DNA of 64,000 nt from an uncultured Acidimicrobiales bacterium (GTDB taxonomy: Bacteria > Actinomycetota > Acidimicrobiia > Acidimicrobiales > SHLQ01): positions 11,125 through 75,124 of the forward strand of contig CALJDK010000109.1 in the NCBI GenBank assembly GCA_938023735.1, in the 5' to 3' direction. How positions within the stretch are numbered: position 1 is the stretch's first letter; every line of letters starts with the position of its first letter. A program made the position numbers and the translations under genes. Shown here one piece after another: positions 43,878-54,301 of the stretch. The notes below the pieces were generated by a model. That model had not been told where the DNA came from and made no database searches. It saw only the letters and a program-made list of their open reading frames with translations.

Positions 43878-45143
43878 TTAGCTGAGCGTAATGTCTGGTG
43901 CTCTTACGCTGTGATCCTGCCACTGCCGCTTGGCCAGCCCAGCGAGAATCGAGGCCACCACATACACGGCGCACGACACAGCCAGCGCGGTAGCGATATC
44001 GAATTGCGAGGCGACGATGCCGAGCCCAATCCCTCCGGTGATCTCACCCAGCGATTGCGCCTGACCCAGAAACGAATGAACGGTGGCTCGATGTTCGGCC
44101 ATCGTGAACGCGTTGGTCCAGGCTTCGACAACCGGCCGGGCCACAGCTCGCAGGGTTCCCGACGCGATGACCCCAAACGCTCCAGCAACGAGAACGTTTC
44201 CCCGAGCCAGCAACAACACTCCGACGGCCGTTCCGAGATGAAGCGCCGAAAGCCACGGCACCAACCGGTCGCCACGGAGTCGATCTTTCAACAGCAGCAG
44301 AGCGGCGGCGCCAAGTAACGACTGCGACACGCTGATGCCACCAACAAGTGTGGCGTCGATTGCGATGCTGGTGGTCGGAAGCTCGTCGAAGCGAGCCACA
44401 AACAGTCGGTCGACCGCCTCGCTGGCAAACCCTGCGAGGGCGACGACGATGAAGAGTCGGCGCAATGGCTTCACCCGGCGGGTCGACGCTCCGCCAACCC
44501 GCAGCAGTTCGCCAAACTGTTGCAGCGGCGTACCGACGCCCTGCAATGGCATAAACCCGGTCTCGGGCATGATGCGAAGCAGTGTGAACCCGCGAGCCAA
44601 AAGCACAACTCCAACAAGCACCAGGGCGGTTCCCATCGACCAGATCGCCGCCACGGCAGCGCCAATCACAACACCAACAACTGCGCCCAACAATCCGAGT
44701 CGGGCCCGGCGGAGAATGAGCGGCTCAGCCGCTGTGGTGGACCCCAACTCGTCGGTGATCCACGCGGTTTCGGCACCCGAGCGAAAGGTGGATCCGAGGC
44801 TCCAAAGCACCTGACCCAACGCCACCACCACGAACGTCGAACCAAACCCGGCCAGCACCACACCGAACCCGGCACAGAAAAAGCCAAGGATCACCGAGGT
44901 TCGGCGGCTGCGAAGATCTGCCACCACCCCAGTGGGTATCTCCGCCAGCAGAATCGTGATTTCCTTCACGGTGCCGAGCAGCAACAACTGCACGGGCGGA
45001 AATCCGAGATCGACGGTTACACGGGTGAATAGCAGCACCCAGTAACTGCTCATGCAGAGCTGCCAGAAAATCCCCGAGGTGAGAAAAATGCGCTCGGCGC
45101 GTTGGGAGTCGCCGCTGGCGGTGGCTAACTGTTCATCGCCCAT
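43878..45143 (-). CDS. MFS transporter
   Basis: About 12 hydrophobic segments and a GVVADLRSRR motif-A-like loop. The start is uncertain (45143 overlaps the upstream gene by 19 nt). Confidence 0.7.
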   Translation of the reverse strand: MGDEQLATASGDSQRAERIFLTSGIFWQLCMSSYWVLLFTRVTVDLGFPPVQLLLLGTVKEITILLAEIPTGVVADLRSRRTSVILGFFCAGFGVVLAGFGSTFVVVALGQVLWSLGSTFRSGAETAWITDELGSTTAAEPLILRRARLGLLGAVVGVVIGAAVAAIWSMGTALVLVGVVLLARGFTLLRIMPETGFMPLQGVGTPLQQFGELLRVGGASTRRVKPLRRLFIVVALAGFASEAVDRLFVARFDELPTTSIAIDATLVGGISVSQSLLGAAALLLLKDRLRGDRLVPWLSALHLGTAVGVLLLARGNVLVAGAFGVIASGTLRAVARPVVEAWTNAFTMAEHRATVHSFLGQAQSLGEITGGIGLGIVASQFDIATALAVSCAVYVVASILAGLAKRQWQDHSVRAPDITLS

Positions 45144-45733
45144 TCGGCAACCATCTCCGCAATCACCCTTGGATCATGGTTGCTGGTCACCCGGTGCTCG
45201 GCATTGGGAAAGATGTCGAGAAAGGCCTGATGCTCGCCGGAGTCGGCACCTAGGAGCAGGACGGGAACCTCGGTATCTCGGGCCGCGCGTTCGGCAAGCT
45301 CGCGGTCGCCGTGGGTAGGCGGTGGCGCATCGGTGAGCGGATCGGGTGAGTCGGCAATGATTCGGACTCGCTTCATCCGCCGATCGAGAAGATCATCAAT
45401 CGACAGGAACGGATCACCGAGACCATCGACGAGAACCATTCGGTGGGCCCGTCCCGCCAGCGCAAAGAGTTGGGCCGACCAACCGCTCACGCCAATACCC
45501 ACCACCGTGTCGACCTTTTCAATGCCCTGATCGGCGAAAAGCCTGGTTGCGACATACATCGGGTCGGTAAGGCCATAGTTCTGTCCTACCAATTCCGGTT
45601 GCGACCCGTGGCCGGGGAGGTCGGGTGCAATCACCTGCGCCCAGGCGGAGAACGCTTCGGCGTACGGCCCGCCACCGCCGACATCGCCGACCTCATGCAA
45701 CACCAGAATGCTCTCTGATATGGCGGCCGTCAT
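45125..45733 (-). CDS. Small alpha/beta-hydrolase-fold protein
   Basis: 202 aa with a VVGIGVSGWSA nucleophile-elbow-like segment. ATGA coupling to the upstream hydrolase gene. Confidence 0.5.
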   Translation of the reverse strand: MTAAISESILVLHEVGDVGGGGPYAEAFSAWAQVIAPDLPGHGSQPELVGQNYGLTDPMYVATRLFADQGIEKVDTVVGIGVSGWSAQLFALAGRAHRMVLVDGLGDPFLSIDDLLDRRMKRVRIIADSPDPLTDAPPPTHGDRELAERAARDTEVPVLLLGADSGEHQAFLDIFPNAEHRVTSNHDPRVIAEMVAEWAMNS

Positions 45734-46617
45734 GGGCGTTCGCCGATCTCACTGAGGAAATTGACGATGAGGTCAAAGGTGGTGTCGGGTTGCTCGAGGT
45801 GCAGGTAGTGACCGCCGCCGGCGACAGCATGGTGGCGTCCATCTGCAAAGAGCGCCATCCGTTCATCGATCGACTGGGGCGAAAGCTCGGACCACATGTC
45901 CTCTTCGCCTCCGGTGAGCGCAAGGATCGGCCGCTTCATGCGTTCGAACTCACCAGTCACGACTTCGCGTCGGAAACCCTCGGGAATGTTGACGTTGAAG
46001 GTCGGGTCCCACTTCCACGACCAGCCGTCGCCGTTTCGCTCCGACCCATGCTCTACCAAATGGGCGACCCATTGTTCGGGGATGCGGTAGTTGATGTCGC
46101 CGCGCTGTTTGGCCATGGCCGCCTTCGACTCGAACACACGACGCTCACGGCCAAAGGTCTTGATCGCGTAATCGACCATCGATGTGGTGAGGGCGCCGTA
46201 GTCTTCGACATTAAACATCTCGTCGGGTGGGCCCAGCCCATCAATACTCACCATCCATCGAACCCGTTCGGGCCAGGTAGCCGATACACCGATACCGATG
46301 GAGGAACCCATCGAGTGACCAATGATGCCGACCGGTTGGTCGTAGTGGGCGGCAAGTCGAGCCACGTCGATGCTGGCCGCCCGAAAAATCTGGCCGGTGA
46401 ACAGGCGCTCGCTATCACCGTGACCTCGGTGGTCGACCGCAGCAACGTGGTACCCCAGCGCTGCAACCCGTGGCGCTAGTTCGTCGAACATCCGACCGTG
46501 GTCGAACGCTCCGTGCAGGCAGATGACGACGGGATTGGTGGGGTCGCCCCACTCCCACACCCGAATGCGAGTGCCAGCAAGATCGACAAATGTGGAGCGA
46601 TCGGGTTCAGCGAGCAC
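45730..46617 (-). CDS. Alpha/beta hydrolase
   Basis: VICLHGAFDHG, DHRGHGDS and the GHSMGSS nucleophile elbow. GTG start. Confidence 0.8.
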   Translation of the reverse strand: MLAEPDRSTFVDLAGTRIRVWEWGDPTNPVVICLHGAFDHGRMFDELAPRVAALGYHVAAVDHRGHGDSERLFTGQIFRAASIDVARLAAHYDQPVGIIGHSMGSSIGIGVSATWPERVRWMVSIDGLGPPDEMFNVEDYGALTTSMVDYAIKTFGRERRVFESKAAMAKQRGDINYRIPEQWVAHLVEHGSERNGDGWSWKWDPTFNVNIPEGFRREVVTGEFERMKRPILALTGGEEDMWSELSPQSIDERMALFADGRHHAVAGGGHYLHLEQPDTTFDLIVNFLSEIGERP

Positions 46618-46649
46618 GCTTTGGAATGTAGGGCGTTGCGGCCAATTCG

Positions 46650-47582
46650 TCAGATCTGACAGGCAGCAAAGAGGCGCTCTTTGAACCGTTTCTCATCAAC
46701 AGCCCACAGCACCCGACAGTTCGGTGCTGGCGCGCCAGCCCGACGGTCGACCAGTACGGCGCCTCGGGTGGGTTCGTCGAGGCCCACCACCATCCACTCG
46801 TCGGTGTCCTCGGTGATGAGGGTTTCGTCGAGCGCCACCGCCATCGCCACCGGATCGGGGAGGTCATAGCCCTCAAGTCCGCTGACCTCGCGGCAGAAGA
46901 TATCGACGGCAACATTGATGTTGCCGACAAACTCGCCGAGGGCGCCCATCGAAAGCAACCGTTCGTGCTCATCGGGCCGGATGACGGTGAAGAGGCGAGA
47001 GATATTCCAGCCGACCATTGTCTTGGCGCCATCGGCGGCGAGCACCACGGTGGCGGCTTCAGGGTCGGCCCATACGTTGAACTCGCCGGCGGTGTTGACG
47101 TTGCCAACCCCGTCGGGCGAGCCAGCCATCATGAAGGTGTGGCGGAACTTGGTGAGGAACTGATCGTCGCGGTCGAGAGCCTCGGCAATGTTGGTCATCG
47201 GACCAAGCGTTACCAGGGTGTGTTTGCCGGGGTTCTCGTTGGCCAGGCGGAGCAACGCATCGACCGCAAACTCGGCCTCGGGCTGGCGCGACGGCCCGGG
47301 AAGCTCGGCCTCGCTCATGCCATCGGCACCGTGAACGTTCTGCGCCGTTTCAAGGGTGCGACTCTTCGGGCCAGCGTTTCCCACGTAGACGGGCACGTCG
47401 GTGTTGCCAGCGATGTCGAGCGTGACGATGGCGTTGCGCACCGCCATATCGAGCGGAACATTGCCGGCGACGATAGTGACCGCTTCGATGTCGACCGACG
47501 GTTCCTTTACGGCAAGAAGTAGCGCGACAGCATCATCGGACGCAGTGTCGGTATCGATGACGAAGGACGGTCGATCAGCCAT
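46650..47582 (-). CDS. Nucleoside hydrolase (IU-NH family)
   Basis: N-terminal aspartate cluster VIDTDTASDDAVALLLA. 310 aa. Confidence 0.8.
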   Translation of the reverse strand: MADRPSFVIDTDTASDDAVALLLAVKEPSVDIEAVTIVAGNVPLDMAVRNAIVTLDIAGNTDVPVYVGNAGPKSRTLETAQNVHGADGMSEAELPGPSRQPEAEFAVDALLRLANENPGKHTLVTLGPMTNIAEALDRDDQFLTKFRHTFMMAGSPDGVGNVNTAGEFNVWADPEAATVVLAADGAKTMVGWNISRLFTVIRPDEHERLLSMGALGEFVGNINVAVDIFCREVSGLEGYDLPDPVAMAVALDETLITEDTDEWMVVGLDEPTRGAVLVDRRAGAPAPNCRVLWAVDEKRFKERLFAACQI

Positions 47583-47676
47583 CGAACCAATCTAGAGAAG
47601 GCTGCTGTCCAAAAACGCATCGAACAAGTGCGACGTCGCGCCACCGCACAACGTCATATCGACGACTATCAATACG

Positions 47677-47699
47677 AATACGGTTCCAGACACCGTATT
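47677..47699 (-). terminator. Hairpin directly after the engB stop
   Basis: AATACGGT-TCCAGAC-ACCGTATT forms a perfect 8-bp stem. On the minus strand it lies 6 nt after the TGA and is followed by a T-containing tract. It belongs to the GGT(G/T)YCWGRMACC motif family. Confidence 0.45.
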
Positions 47700-47705
47700 T
47701 CAGAT

Positions 47706-48302
47706 TCACGTGTCGAGTAGGAACTCGCGGATCTCGCCGCGTAGCTCGGAGATGCCGGTGCCCTTCTCAGCACTGACCCAGCGCACCTCGGATTTCTGGA
47801 CCCCGAGCTTTCGGGTGAGGTCGTTGCGCCGCTTGGCACTCTTCGAGGGTCGCACCTTGTCAGACTTTGTTGCCACGAAGTTGTAGGGAAGGTCGATGGT
47901 TTGGAGCCAATCGACGGTCTGCAGGTCGAGATCGGTTGGCCCGACCGCACCGTCGATGAGTACCAGCGCGCCCTGCAGGGTCTCGCGTTCGGTCAGGTAC
48001 TTGTCGATCATGTTCTTCCACCGGGTTTGCTCGTTGGCCGATGCCTTGGCAAACCCGTAGCCGGGAAGGTCAACAAGCCAGAGACCAGAACCTGCCGGTT
48101 GTAGCTCGTAGATGTTGATGAGCTTGGTGGCTCCGGGAGTTTTGGACGTACGGGCCAACTTCTTTCGGTTGGCGAGCGCGTTGATGAGCGACGACTTGCC
48201 CACGTTGGAACGGCCGATAACCGCCAGCTCAACCTTGCCTTCGGGGAGCTGATCGGATTTGGCCGCCGACTGCAAAAATTCGAGATTCAGGGGCGACGCC
48301 AT
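47706..48302 (-). CDS. engB: Ribosome-biogenesis GTPase EngB/YsxC (YihA)
   Basis: G1 GRSNVGKSSLINAL, G3 DLPGYG and G4 TKSDK. 198 aa. Confidence 0.9.
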   Translation of the reverse strand: MASPLNLEFLQSAAKSDQLPEGKVELAVIGRSNVGKSSLINALANRKKLARTSKTPGATKLINIYELQPAGSGLWLVDLPGYGFAKASANEQTRWKNMIDKYLTERETLQGALVLIDGAVGPTDLDLQTVDWLQTIDLPYNFVATKSDKVRPSKSAKRRNDLTRKLGVQKSEVRWVSAEKGTGISELRGEIREFLLDT

Positions 48303-48325
48303 GGGGAAAGACTACGACTCACTGC

Positions 48326-51300
48326 CTACAGATCACGAAGCGCCTTGCGGATCCGCTTCTCGCTGGCGGTGCCTTTGGTACCAACCGTTTGGGCAAAGCT
48401 GCTCACCCGAAACTCTTCCAGCATCCACATGATTTCTTCGGCAGCATCGCTGGGCGGCAGCGCATCGAGCGTTTGGTAGACCTCGTTCTCGAGCGTCACG
48501 CATGTTTTGATGAGCGTGGTATCGGCAGCGATACGGGTGGGGAGTTTCTCGAGTCGGTGGTCGATGGCCATCACGTACCGGAGCACATCGTCGATCCGGT
48601 CGGCGCCCACTCCTTGCACGAACCCTGGGTAGACGAGACGCTCGAGGTGGTTGCGAGCATCGGCAACACCGATGGCCATCTTCGGGTTGGTGAGGTCGGC
48701 AAGGCGCTCTTTCACGTCGGCGACGGTGACCAGAATCTCGGCCGAGGTTCGACCGATTGCGGTGACGAGGTCCGAAACGTCGGCCCGGGCCGAGGCGATC
48801 AAGGCATCCCACGCCTGTTCGTTCCACGCCACCCCACCGGCGTTGCGCATCGCCGCGTCAAGGGATGCAGCCAACACGTCGTTGTACCAATCGACCGAGG
48901 ACCCGTAAGGCCCCGACAGCAGCGCAAGGTTCGTGGCGTTGGTGAGAAGGTTTCGAAACGTCTTGGCCTGACCTGGGATGTTGAGCTGGATGAGTCGGCG
49001 GGTTGCCTCCCACATCGACGACCACTGTTCAGCGGCTGCGGGAAGCAGCGATAGGCCAACGGTTTCGCCTTCGTCGACAAGCGCGGGGTACACCACTACC
49101 TCAGCGCCGGCAGCCGTGGTGGTTGTGGTGGCGGGGATGGCGCCGAACGTCCAGGTGACCTGGCCGGTCTGCTCGAGTTCGTGGGTGGTAACCGCAAGGT
49201 CGGCTTCGACCTGGCCGTGCACTTCGGCGGCAACGGCGACGAGATCGCGACCCTCGGCGATGGTGGCATCGCTTTCGTCGAACACTCGAAAGGTGGGCCG
49301 CAGATGGTCGGGCAGCCGGGTGAGGTCGAAGGACTCGGGCCCGATCTGTATGCCCGAGTACTCGCCAAGGACCCGGCGAACCTCATCGAGATACCCTCGC
49401 TCCTCGTCGAGGCCACCAACGATGGCGGCGACGGTGTCGGGGATCGGCACAAACTCTTTGCGCAAAGCTTTTGGCAGGGTGCGAAGCGTCTCGGTCACGA
49501 GCTCTTCGCGCACGCCCGGAACATTCCAGGCGAAACCAGCGGCGTCGACATAACGAAGCGACGCCAACGGAATATTGACCACCAGACCGTCACGCGGGCT
49601 CCCCGGCTCGTATTCATACGACAACGGAAGCGACAGGTCACCGATGTTCCAGTACTCGGGGTAGTCGTTGTCGTCGACGACGATGTCGTCGCGATCGACC
49701 AGGTCGTCCACCGTAAGGTCGAGGAGCCGACTGCCATCCTTGCCGCTCTTGCGTTTCTCTTTCCACCACCGATTGAACGAACCGGCCGACGTGACCTTGG
49801 GACCGAGCCGTTGGTCGTAGAACGCAAAGAGTCGGTCGTAGTCGATCGATGCGTCGGAGGATCTGGTTCGAGCAGCAAGTGTCCGCACCTCTTCGAGAAC
49901 CTCGGCGTTGTGTTCGATGAACCCGTAGGCACCTTCCCATTCGCCTTCGAGAAGCGCATGGTGGATAAACCACTCGCGCGCCATCTCGGGGTCGAGTCGG
50001 CCAACCTGCACTCGCCGCTGGTTCACCACCGGCAGGCCATACAGCGTGACCTTCTCGTTCGCGAGTGCGGCGCCCTGCTTCACGTCCCACCACGGCTCAC
50101 CGTAGGAGTGGCGTACGAGGTGGTCGGCTGCATGCTCGACCCACTCGGGTCGGATTCGGGCGACGCGGCGGGCCCACATGCGGTTGGTTTCGACCAGTTC
50201 GCCAGCCATCACCCAGCTGGCGCCGCCGGTGCCAAGAGCCGAACCTCGGGCAATAACGAAGCGGGAGTTGCGCGCACCCAGGTACTCGCGCGCTGGGGCT
50301 CGCTTGCCCTGCTTGCCCTGTTTCGCGGCCTTCGCGTTCTTGCCGCCTTTCTCTGGCGGCAGCGTGCCGACTTGCGAGAGCAACCCAGCCAGCAGCGAGC
50401 GATGAACTGCGTCGGGTTCGGCCGGCGACGCGTTAAGCGGAAGGTCGAGATCTTTGGCCACCCGTTCTAGCTGACGATGAATGTCCTGCCATTCGCGAAT
50501 GCGGTTGAAGTTGAGGAACTCGCGCTTGCAGAGCCGACGGAACTTGTTCTGGGTGAGCTGCGATCGCTGCTCGCCGATGTAGCGCCACAGCTCCAAAATG
50601 CTGAGAAAGTCGGAGCCCTCCACATCGAACCGCTTGTGCGACTCGTCGGCTGCCTGCTGCTTCTCCGATGGCCGCTCGCGCACATCGATTACCGACATGC
50701 CCGACGTGATGATCATGACCTCGGATAAACATCCGTAGTCGGTAGCTTCAAGAACCATCCGGCCGAAGCGGGGGTCGAGCGGCAATCGAGACAGCTGACG
50801 GCCGAGCGGGGTAAGCCAGTTCTTGGTGCCTTCCTTCTCGGGGTCGACCGCATCGAGCTCTTCCAGCAGCATCACGCCATCGCGAATGCTGCGCTTGTCG
50901 GGTGGGTCGACAAACGGAAAGCTCTCGGCATTGCCAAGGCCAAGCGATGCCATCTGCAGAATCACCGACGCCAAGTTGGTGCGTTGAATCTCGGGTTCGG
51001 TGAACTCGGGTCGGGTCTCGTAGTCATCTTCGTCGTACAGCCGAATGGCGATGCCGGGCCCTACGCGACCGCACCGGCCAGAGCGCTGATTGGCCGATGC
51101 TTGCGAGATGGGCTCGATCGGGAGGCGCTGCACTTTGGTGCGATTGCTGAATCGGCTGATGCGGGCGGTTCCGGTATCGATCACGTAGCGAACACCGGGA
51201 ACGGTGAGCGACGTTTCGGCCACGTTGGTTGCCAGCACAACTCGACGACCGCGGTGATCAGAGAACACCCGGTGCTGTTCGGCGGCCGAGAGCCGTCCGT

Positions 51301-52138
51301 AGAGTGGCAGGATCTCGACGTCGCGCATCTTCATGCCTTCGAGGGTTGCTGCGGCTTCGCGAATGTCGCGTTCGCCCGACAGGAACGTAAGGATGTCACC
51401 GCTGCCTTCGGCGCTGAGTTCCTTTACCGCCGCAACGATCGCGTCGTTCTGATCGAGCACTTCGCGGTCGTCGTCGGGGTCGGCAAGCGGCCGATACCGC
51501 ACCTCGACCGGAAAGGTCCGGCCCGATACTTCGATGATGGGCGCGTCGTTGAAGTGGGCCGAGAACTTGTCGGTGTCGATGGTGGCCGACGTGATGATGA
51601 CCTTTAGGTCGGGTCGGCGAGGCAGCAGCTGCTTGAGATACCCAAGCAGGAAATCGATGTTGAGGCTTCGCTCATGCGCCTCGTCGATAATGATGGTGTC
51701 GTAGCGGCTGAGCTGCTTGTCGCGTTGGAGTTCGGCTAGCAAGATGCCGTCGGTCATCAGCTTTACTAGCGTCGATGGACCGACCTGATCGGTGAACCTC
51801 ACCGTGTAGCCCACCAACTCCCCCACCGACGTTTCGAGCTCCTCGGCTACCCGCTCGGCAACACTTCGCGCTGCGAGGCGCCGAGGTTGGGTGTGCCCGA
51901 TGAAGCCGGCGGCACCGCGACCAAGGTCGAGGCAGAGTTTGGGCAGCTGGGTGCTTTTACCTGATCCGGTTTCGCCAGCCACCACCACAACCTGATTGGC
52001 GGCGATTGCTTCGAGGATGTCGTCGCGGCGATCGGCGATTGGTAGGTCGGGATAGGTGACCGTGGGCAGCAGCAACCGGCGCTTCTCGATCTGCTCGTTT
52101 GAGAATCGCTTTGCCACAGCCCACCAGTATGGCGGCAT
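48326..52138 (-). CDS. hrpA: ATP-dependent RNA helicase HrpA (DEAH-box)
   Basis: GETGSGKSTQLPK, DEAHERS and QRSGRCGR motifs. The 1270-aa length with a long C-terminal extension is typical of HrpA. Confidence 0.9.
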   Translation of the reverse strand: MPPYWWAVAKRFSNEQIEKRRLLLPTVTYPDLPIADRRDDILEAIAANQVVVVAGETGSGKSTQLPKLCLDLGRGAAGFIGHTQPRRLAARSVAERVAEELETSVGELVGYTVRFTDQVGPSTLVKLMTDGILLAELQRDKQLSRYDTIIIDEAHERSLNIDFLLGYLKQLLPRRPDLKVIITSATIDTDKFSAHFNDAPIIEVSGRTFPVEVRYRPLADPDDDREVLDQNDAIVAAVKELSAEGSGDILTFLSGERDIREAAATLEGMKMRDVEILPLYGRLSAAEQHRVFSDHRGRRVVLATNVAETSLTVPGVRYVIDTGTARISRFSNRTKVQRLPIEPISQASANQRSGRCGRVGPGIAIRLYDEDDYETRPEFTEPEIQRTNLASVILQMASLGLGNAESFPFVDPPDKRSIRDGVMLLEELDAVDPEKEGTKNWLTPLGRQLSRLPLDPRFGRMVLEATDYGCLSEVMIITSGMSVIDVRERPSEKQQAADESHKRFDVEGSDFLSILELWRYIGEQRSQLTQNKFRRLCKREFLNFNRIREWQDIHRQLERVAKDLDLPLNASPAEPDAVHRSLLAGLLSQVGTLPPEKGGKNAKAAKQGKQGKRAPAREYLGARNSRFVIARGSALGTGGASWVMAGELVETNRMWARRVARIRPEWVEHAADHLVRHSYGEPWWDVKQGAALANEKVTLYGLPVVNQRRVQVGRLDPEMAREWFIHHALLEGEWEGAYGFIEHNAEVLEEVRTLAARTRSSDASIDYDRLFAFYDQRLGPKVTSAGSFNRWWKEKRKSGKDGSRLLDLTVDDLVDRDDIVVDDNDYPEYWNIGDLSLPLSYEYEPGSPRDGLVVNIPLASLRYVDAAGFAWNVPGVREELVTETLRTLPKALRKEFVPIPDTVAAIVGGLDEERGYLDEVRRVLGEYSGIQIGPESFDLTRLPDHLRPTFRVFDESDATIAEGRDLVAVAAEVHGQVEADLAVTTHELEQTGQVTWTFGAIPATTTTTAAGAEVVVYPALVDEGETVGLSLLPAAAEQWSSMWEATRRLIQLNIPGQAKTFRNLLTNATNLALLSGPYGSSVDWYNDVLAASLDAAMRNAGGVAWNEQAWDALIASARADVSDLVTAIGRTSAEILVTVADVKERLADLTNPKMAIGVADARNHLERLVYPGFVQGVGADRIDDVLRYVMAIDHRLEKLPTRIAADTTLIKTCVTLENEVYQTLDALPPSDAAEEIMWMLEEFRVSSFAQTVGTKGTASEKRIRKALRDL

Positions 52139-52184
52139 TAGCCGCCGAGTGGCTTGTCAGTGATCGTTCACCAGGAACGGACGG

Positions 52185-52874
52185 CTAGTACCGAATGGGA
52201 TCCATCGTGTGATCGGGAGGGTCGAGGCTGGGCATGAACACATCGCAGTTGGAGTCCTTCGACCAGACCGCCCAGGTAAGCACAGGCTCATCGCCGGTAC
52301 ACATGGAGTGAGACTCATGCGGCCGGTGAATAATGACGTCGCCCGGCCCTTTCGTCGACCAGGTCTCACCGACCTGCCACTCGAGGGTGCCGCTGATGAT
52401 GCCGTACAACTCGGGCGCCACGTGATGGTGCGGTGGATACACAATGTGAGGCGCCTGCAAACTGAACCCCACCAGCAGGTCGTCAACAACAAACGGTGGT
52501 TCGTAGCCTCGAAACTCGCCCGAGGCCAGCAATAGGAAGCTGTAGAACGGCTTGAACTTCATCAGCTCGTCGGTTTCTTCAAGACTCTCGTAGGACTTGA
52601 GCCATTGCAGGTGAGGCGTGGCTTCGCCTAGTAGCTGAGCCAACTGCTTCCATGGCTCGTGCGTCGCTTCGATCACTGATGCAAGCCATTGGTCGACCAC
52701 CGGTTGCGACACCGGAGGTACCGGACGGCTCGGCGCACACTGGCGTAATTCTGGGGCGACCCGATCGAACGCCGAAGCGGAGTGATCGGTGACGGCCCGG
52801 TCGACAACTGCGATCAACTCGGCAAGCAAACGATCGACCATCGTTGACGCAGACGCTTCGGACACCGACGACAT
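52185..52874 (-). CDS. Cupin protein with a DddL/DddQ-type (DMSP-lyase family-like) metal motif
   Basis: A helical N-terminal half precedes a cupin core, VYPPHHHVAPELYGIISG...GDVIIHRPHESHSM (YPxHxHxxxExY pattern). Assignment to the cupin fold is firm; assignment to the DMSP-lyase family is tentative. Confidence 0.5.
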   Translation of the reverse strand: MSSVSEASASTMVDRLLAELIAVVDRAVTDHSASAFDRVAPELRQCAPSRPVPPVSQPVVDQWLASVIEATHEPWKQLAQLLGEATPHLQWLKSYESLEETDELMKFKPFYSFLLLASGEFRGYEPPFVVDDLLVGFSLQAPHIVYPPHHHVAPELYGIISGTLEWQVGETWSTKGPGDVIIHRPHESHSMCTGDEPVLTWAVWSKDSNCDVFMPSLDPPDHTMDPIRY

Positions 52875-52985
52875 GACTCAAACGATAGATCGGTGCACCG
52901 GGGCCGTCCTCAAGAGCGGCGCGAAATCCCCACCACCCTTCCATCATCTGGGAATGGGCGTTTCCGTTGTTGGGTTCCGTGGTGA

Positions 52986-53381
52986 ATGGACTCGTTCCGA
53001 ACCGCCATGTTCCCACCTCTTGCCTCATTGGCAGCGGCCGGCCTCTGGCTGGTGCTGGCGTGGCGATCGCCAACCCTCACCCATCACTTCGCGCCGCTCA
53101 TCGCCGCGGCACTGTGGGGAATCATCGCCCGGAATCCACCGGGTGCCGCCCAGCCTGACCGGTCTGAGCGACTCACCCCCGAATCTTCGGTCATCCGATC
53201 ATCCTTTGTTGGTGGGTTCGCAATTGCGGCGGCAACGACCCTGATTCTGCTGGTGGCCGACAAGCTGCAAGGACCAGGCCTGTACGGCAACTTTCCCGTT
53301 CCTGCCGAGCTGTTCCTCCACGCCCTCGGAGGCGCGGTGATTGGTTCCCGTGCGTGGACGCTTGCACGCAACCCCTCCTAG
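52986..53381 (+). CDS. Hypothetical small membrane protein (about 4 TM)
   Basis: Four hydrophobic stretches and reasonable codon bias. No recognisable family. Confidence 0.4.
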   Translation: MDSFRTAMFPPLASLAAAGLWLVLAWRSPTLTHHFAPLIAAALWGIIARNPPGAAQPDRSERLTPESSVIRSSFVGGFAIAAATTLILLVADKLQGPGLYGNFPVPAELFLHALGGAVIGSRAWTLARNPS

Positions 53382-53436
53382 CTGATCCAATCACTCAGAC
53401 ATTCCCCTCGAAACGAAATCCAGCTACGGAGAAACC

Positions 53437-54213
53437 ATGGGTCTGCTCGATGGACGAATCGCGATCGTGACCGGAGCCGGCGACGGCATCGGAAAAGGGA
53501 TCGCTCGACACTTTGTTTCCGAGGGTGCCCAGGTGCTGGTGGCCGAACGAAACGAAACCACCGGCCAAGAAGTAGCCGACTCGTTGGGCGACAGCGCTCT
53601 GTTCTGCCACACCGACGTGGCCGACAAAGACCAGGTCGACGCCATGGTGGCAACGGCTGTGGAGCATTGGGGCACCGTTGACATCCTGGTCAACAACGCT
53701 TGGGGCGGCGGCCGAATCAGCCGGGTCGAGCAGAAGACGCCAGAGCTGATGGAACGGGGTATGGCCATCGGGCTCTACGGCCCGCTGTGGGCGATGCTGG
53801 CCGCCCATCCCGTGATGAAGGAAAAGGGTTACGGTCGCATCGTCAACATGGCGTCGCTCAATGGCGTCAACGCCCACATGGGAACCCTCGAATACAACAC
53901 AGCCAAAGAGGCCTTGCGCGGCGCCACCCGTACTGCGGCTCGCGAGTGGGCGCCCACGGGCATCACCGCCAACATCATCTGCCCGGCGGCCAAGTCGGCG
54001 GCGTTCCGGCGGGTTATGGGTGAGCATCCCGAACTCGAAGCCGCGGCCGACGCCTCAAACCCAATGGGTCGCATCGGCGATGCTGAAGCCGACATCGCTC
54101 CGGTGGCCGCATTTCTGGCCAGTGAGGGATCTCGCTACATGACCGGCAACACGCTTTTCGTTGACGGCGGATCTCATATCAACGGGTCGAGTTGGGCACC
54201 GGACCTCGACTAA
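53437..54213 (+). CDS. SDR-family oxidoreductase
   Basis: IAIVTGAGDGIGKG, NNAW and YNTAKEAL. Confidence 0.85.
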   Translation: MGLLDGRIAIVTGAGDGIGKGIARHFVSEGAQVLVAERNETTGQEVADSLGDSALFCHTDVADKDQVDAMVATAVEHWGTVDILVNNAWGGGRISRVEQKTPELMERGMAIGLYGPLWAMLAAHPVMKEKGYGRIVNMASLNGVNAHMGTLEYNTAKEALRGATRTAAREWAPTGITANIICPAAKSAAFRRVMGEHPELEAAADASNPMGRIGDAEADIAPVAAFLASEGSRYMTGNTLFVDGGSHINGSSWAPDLD

Positions 54214-54233
54214 GGCGCAACCGAAAACGACAC

Positions 54234-54258
54234 GAGCCCCGGCATTTCGCCGGGGCTC
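54234..54258. terminator. Bidirectional hairpin terminator
   Basis: GAGCCCCGGC-ATTTC-GCCGGGGCTC forms a perfect 10-bp GC-rich stem between convergent genes. Confidence 0.65.
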
Positions 54259-54301
54259 ATGATTTCACTAGCAAGTCTGCAAAGCAGACAAAAGAGTGTG
54301 C

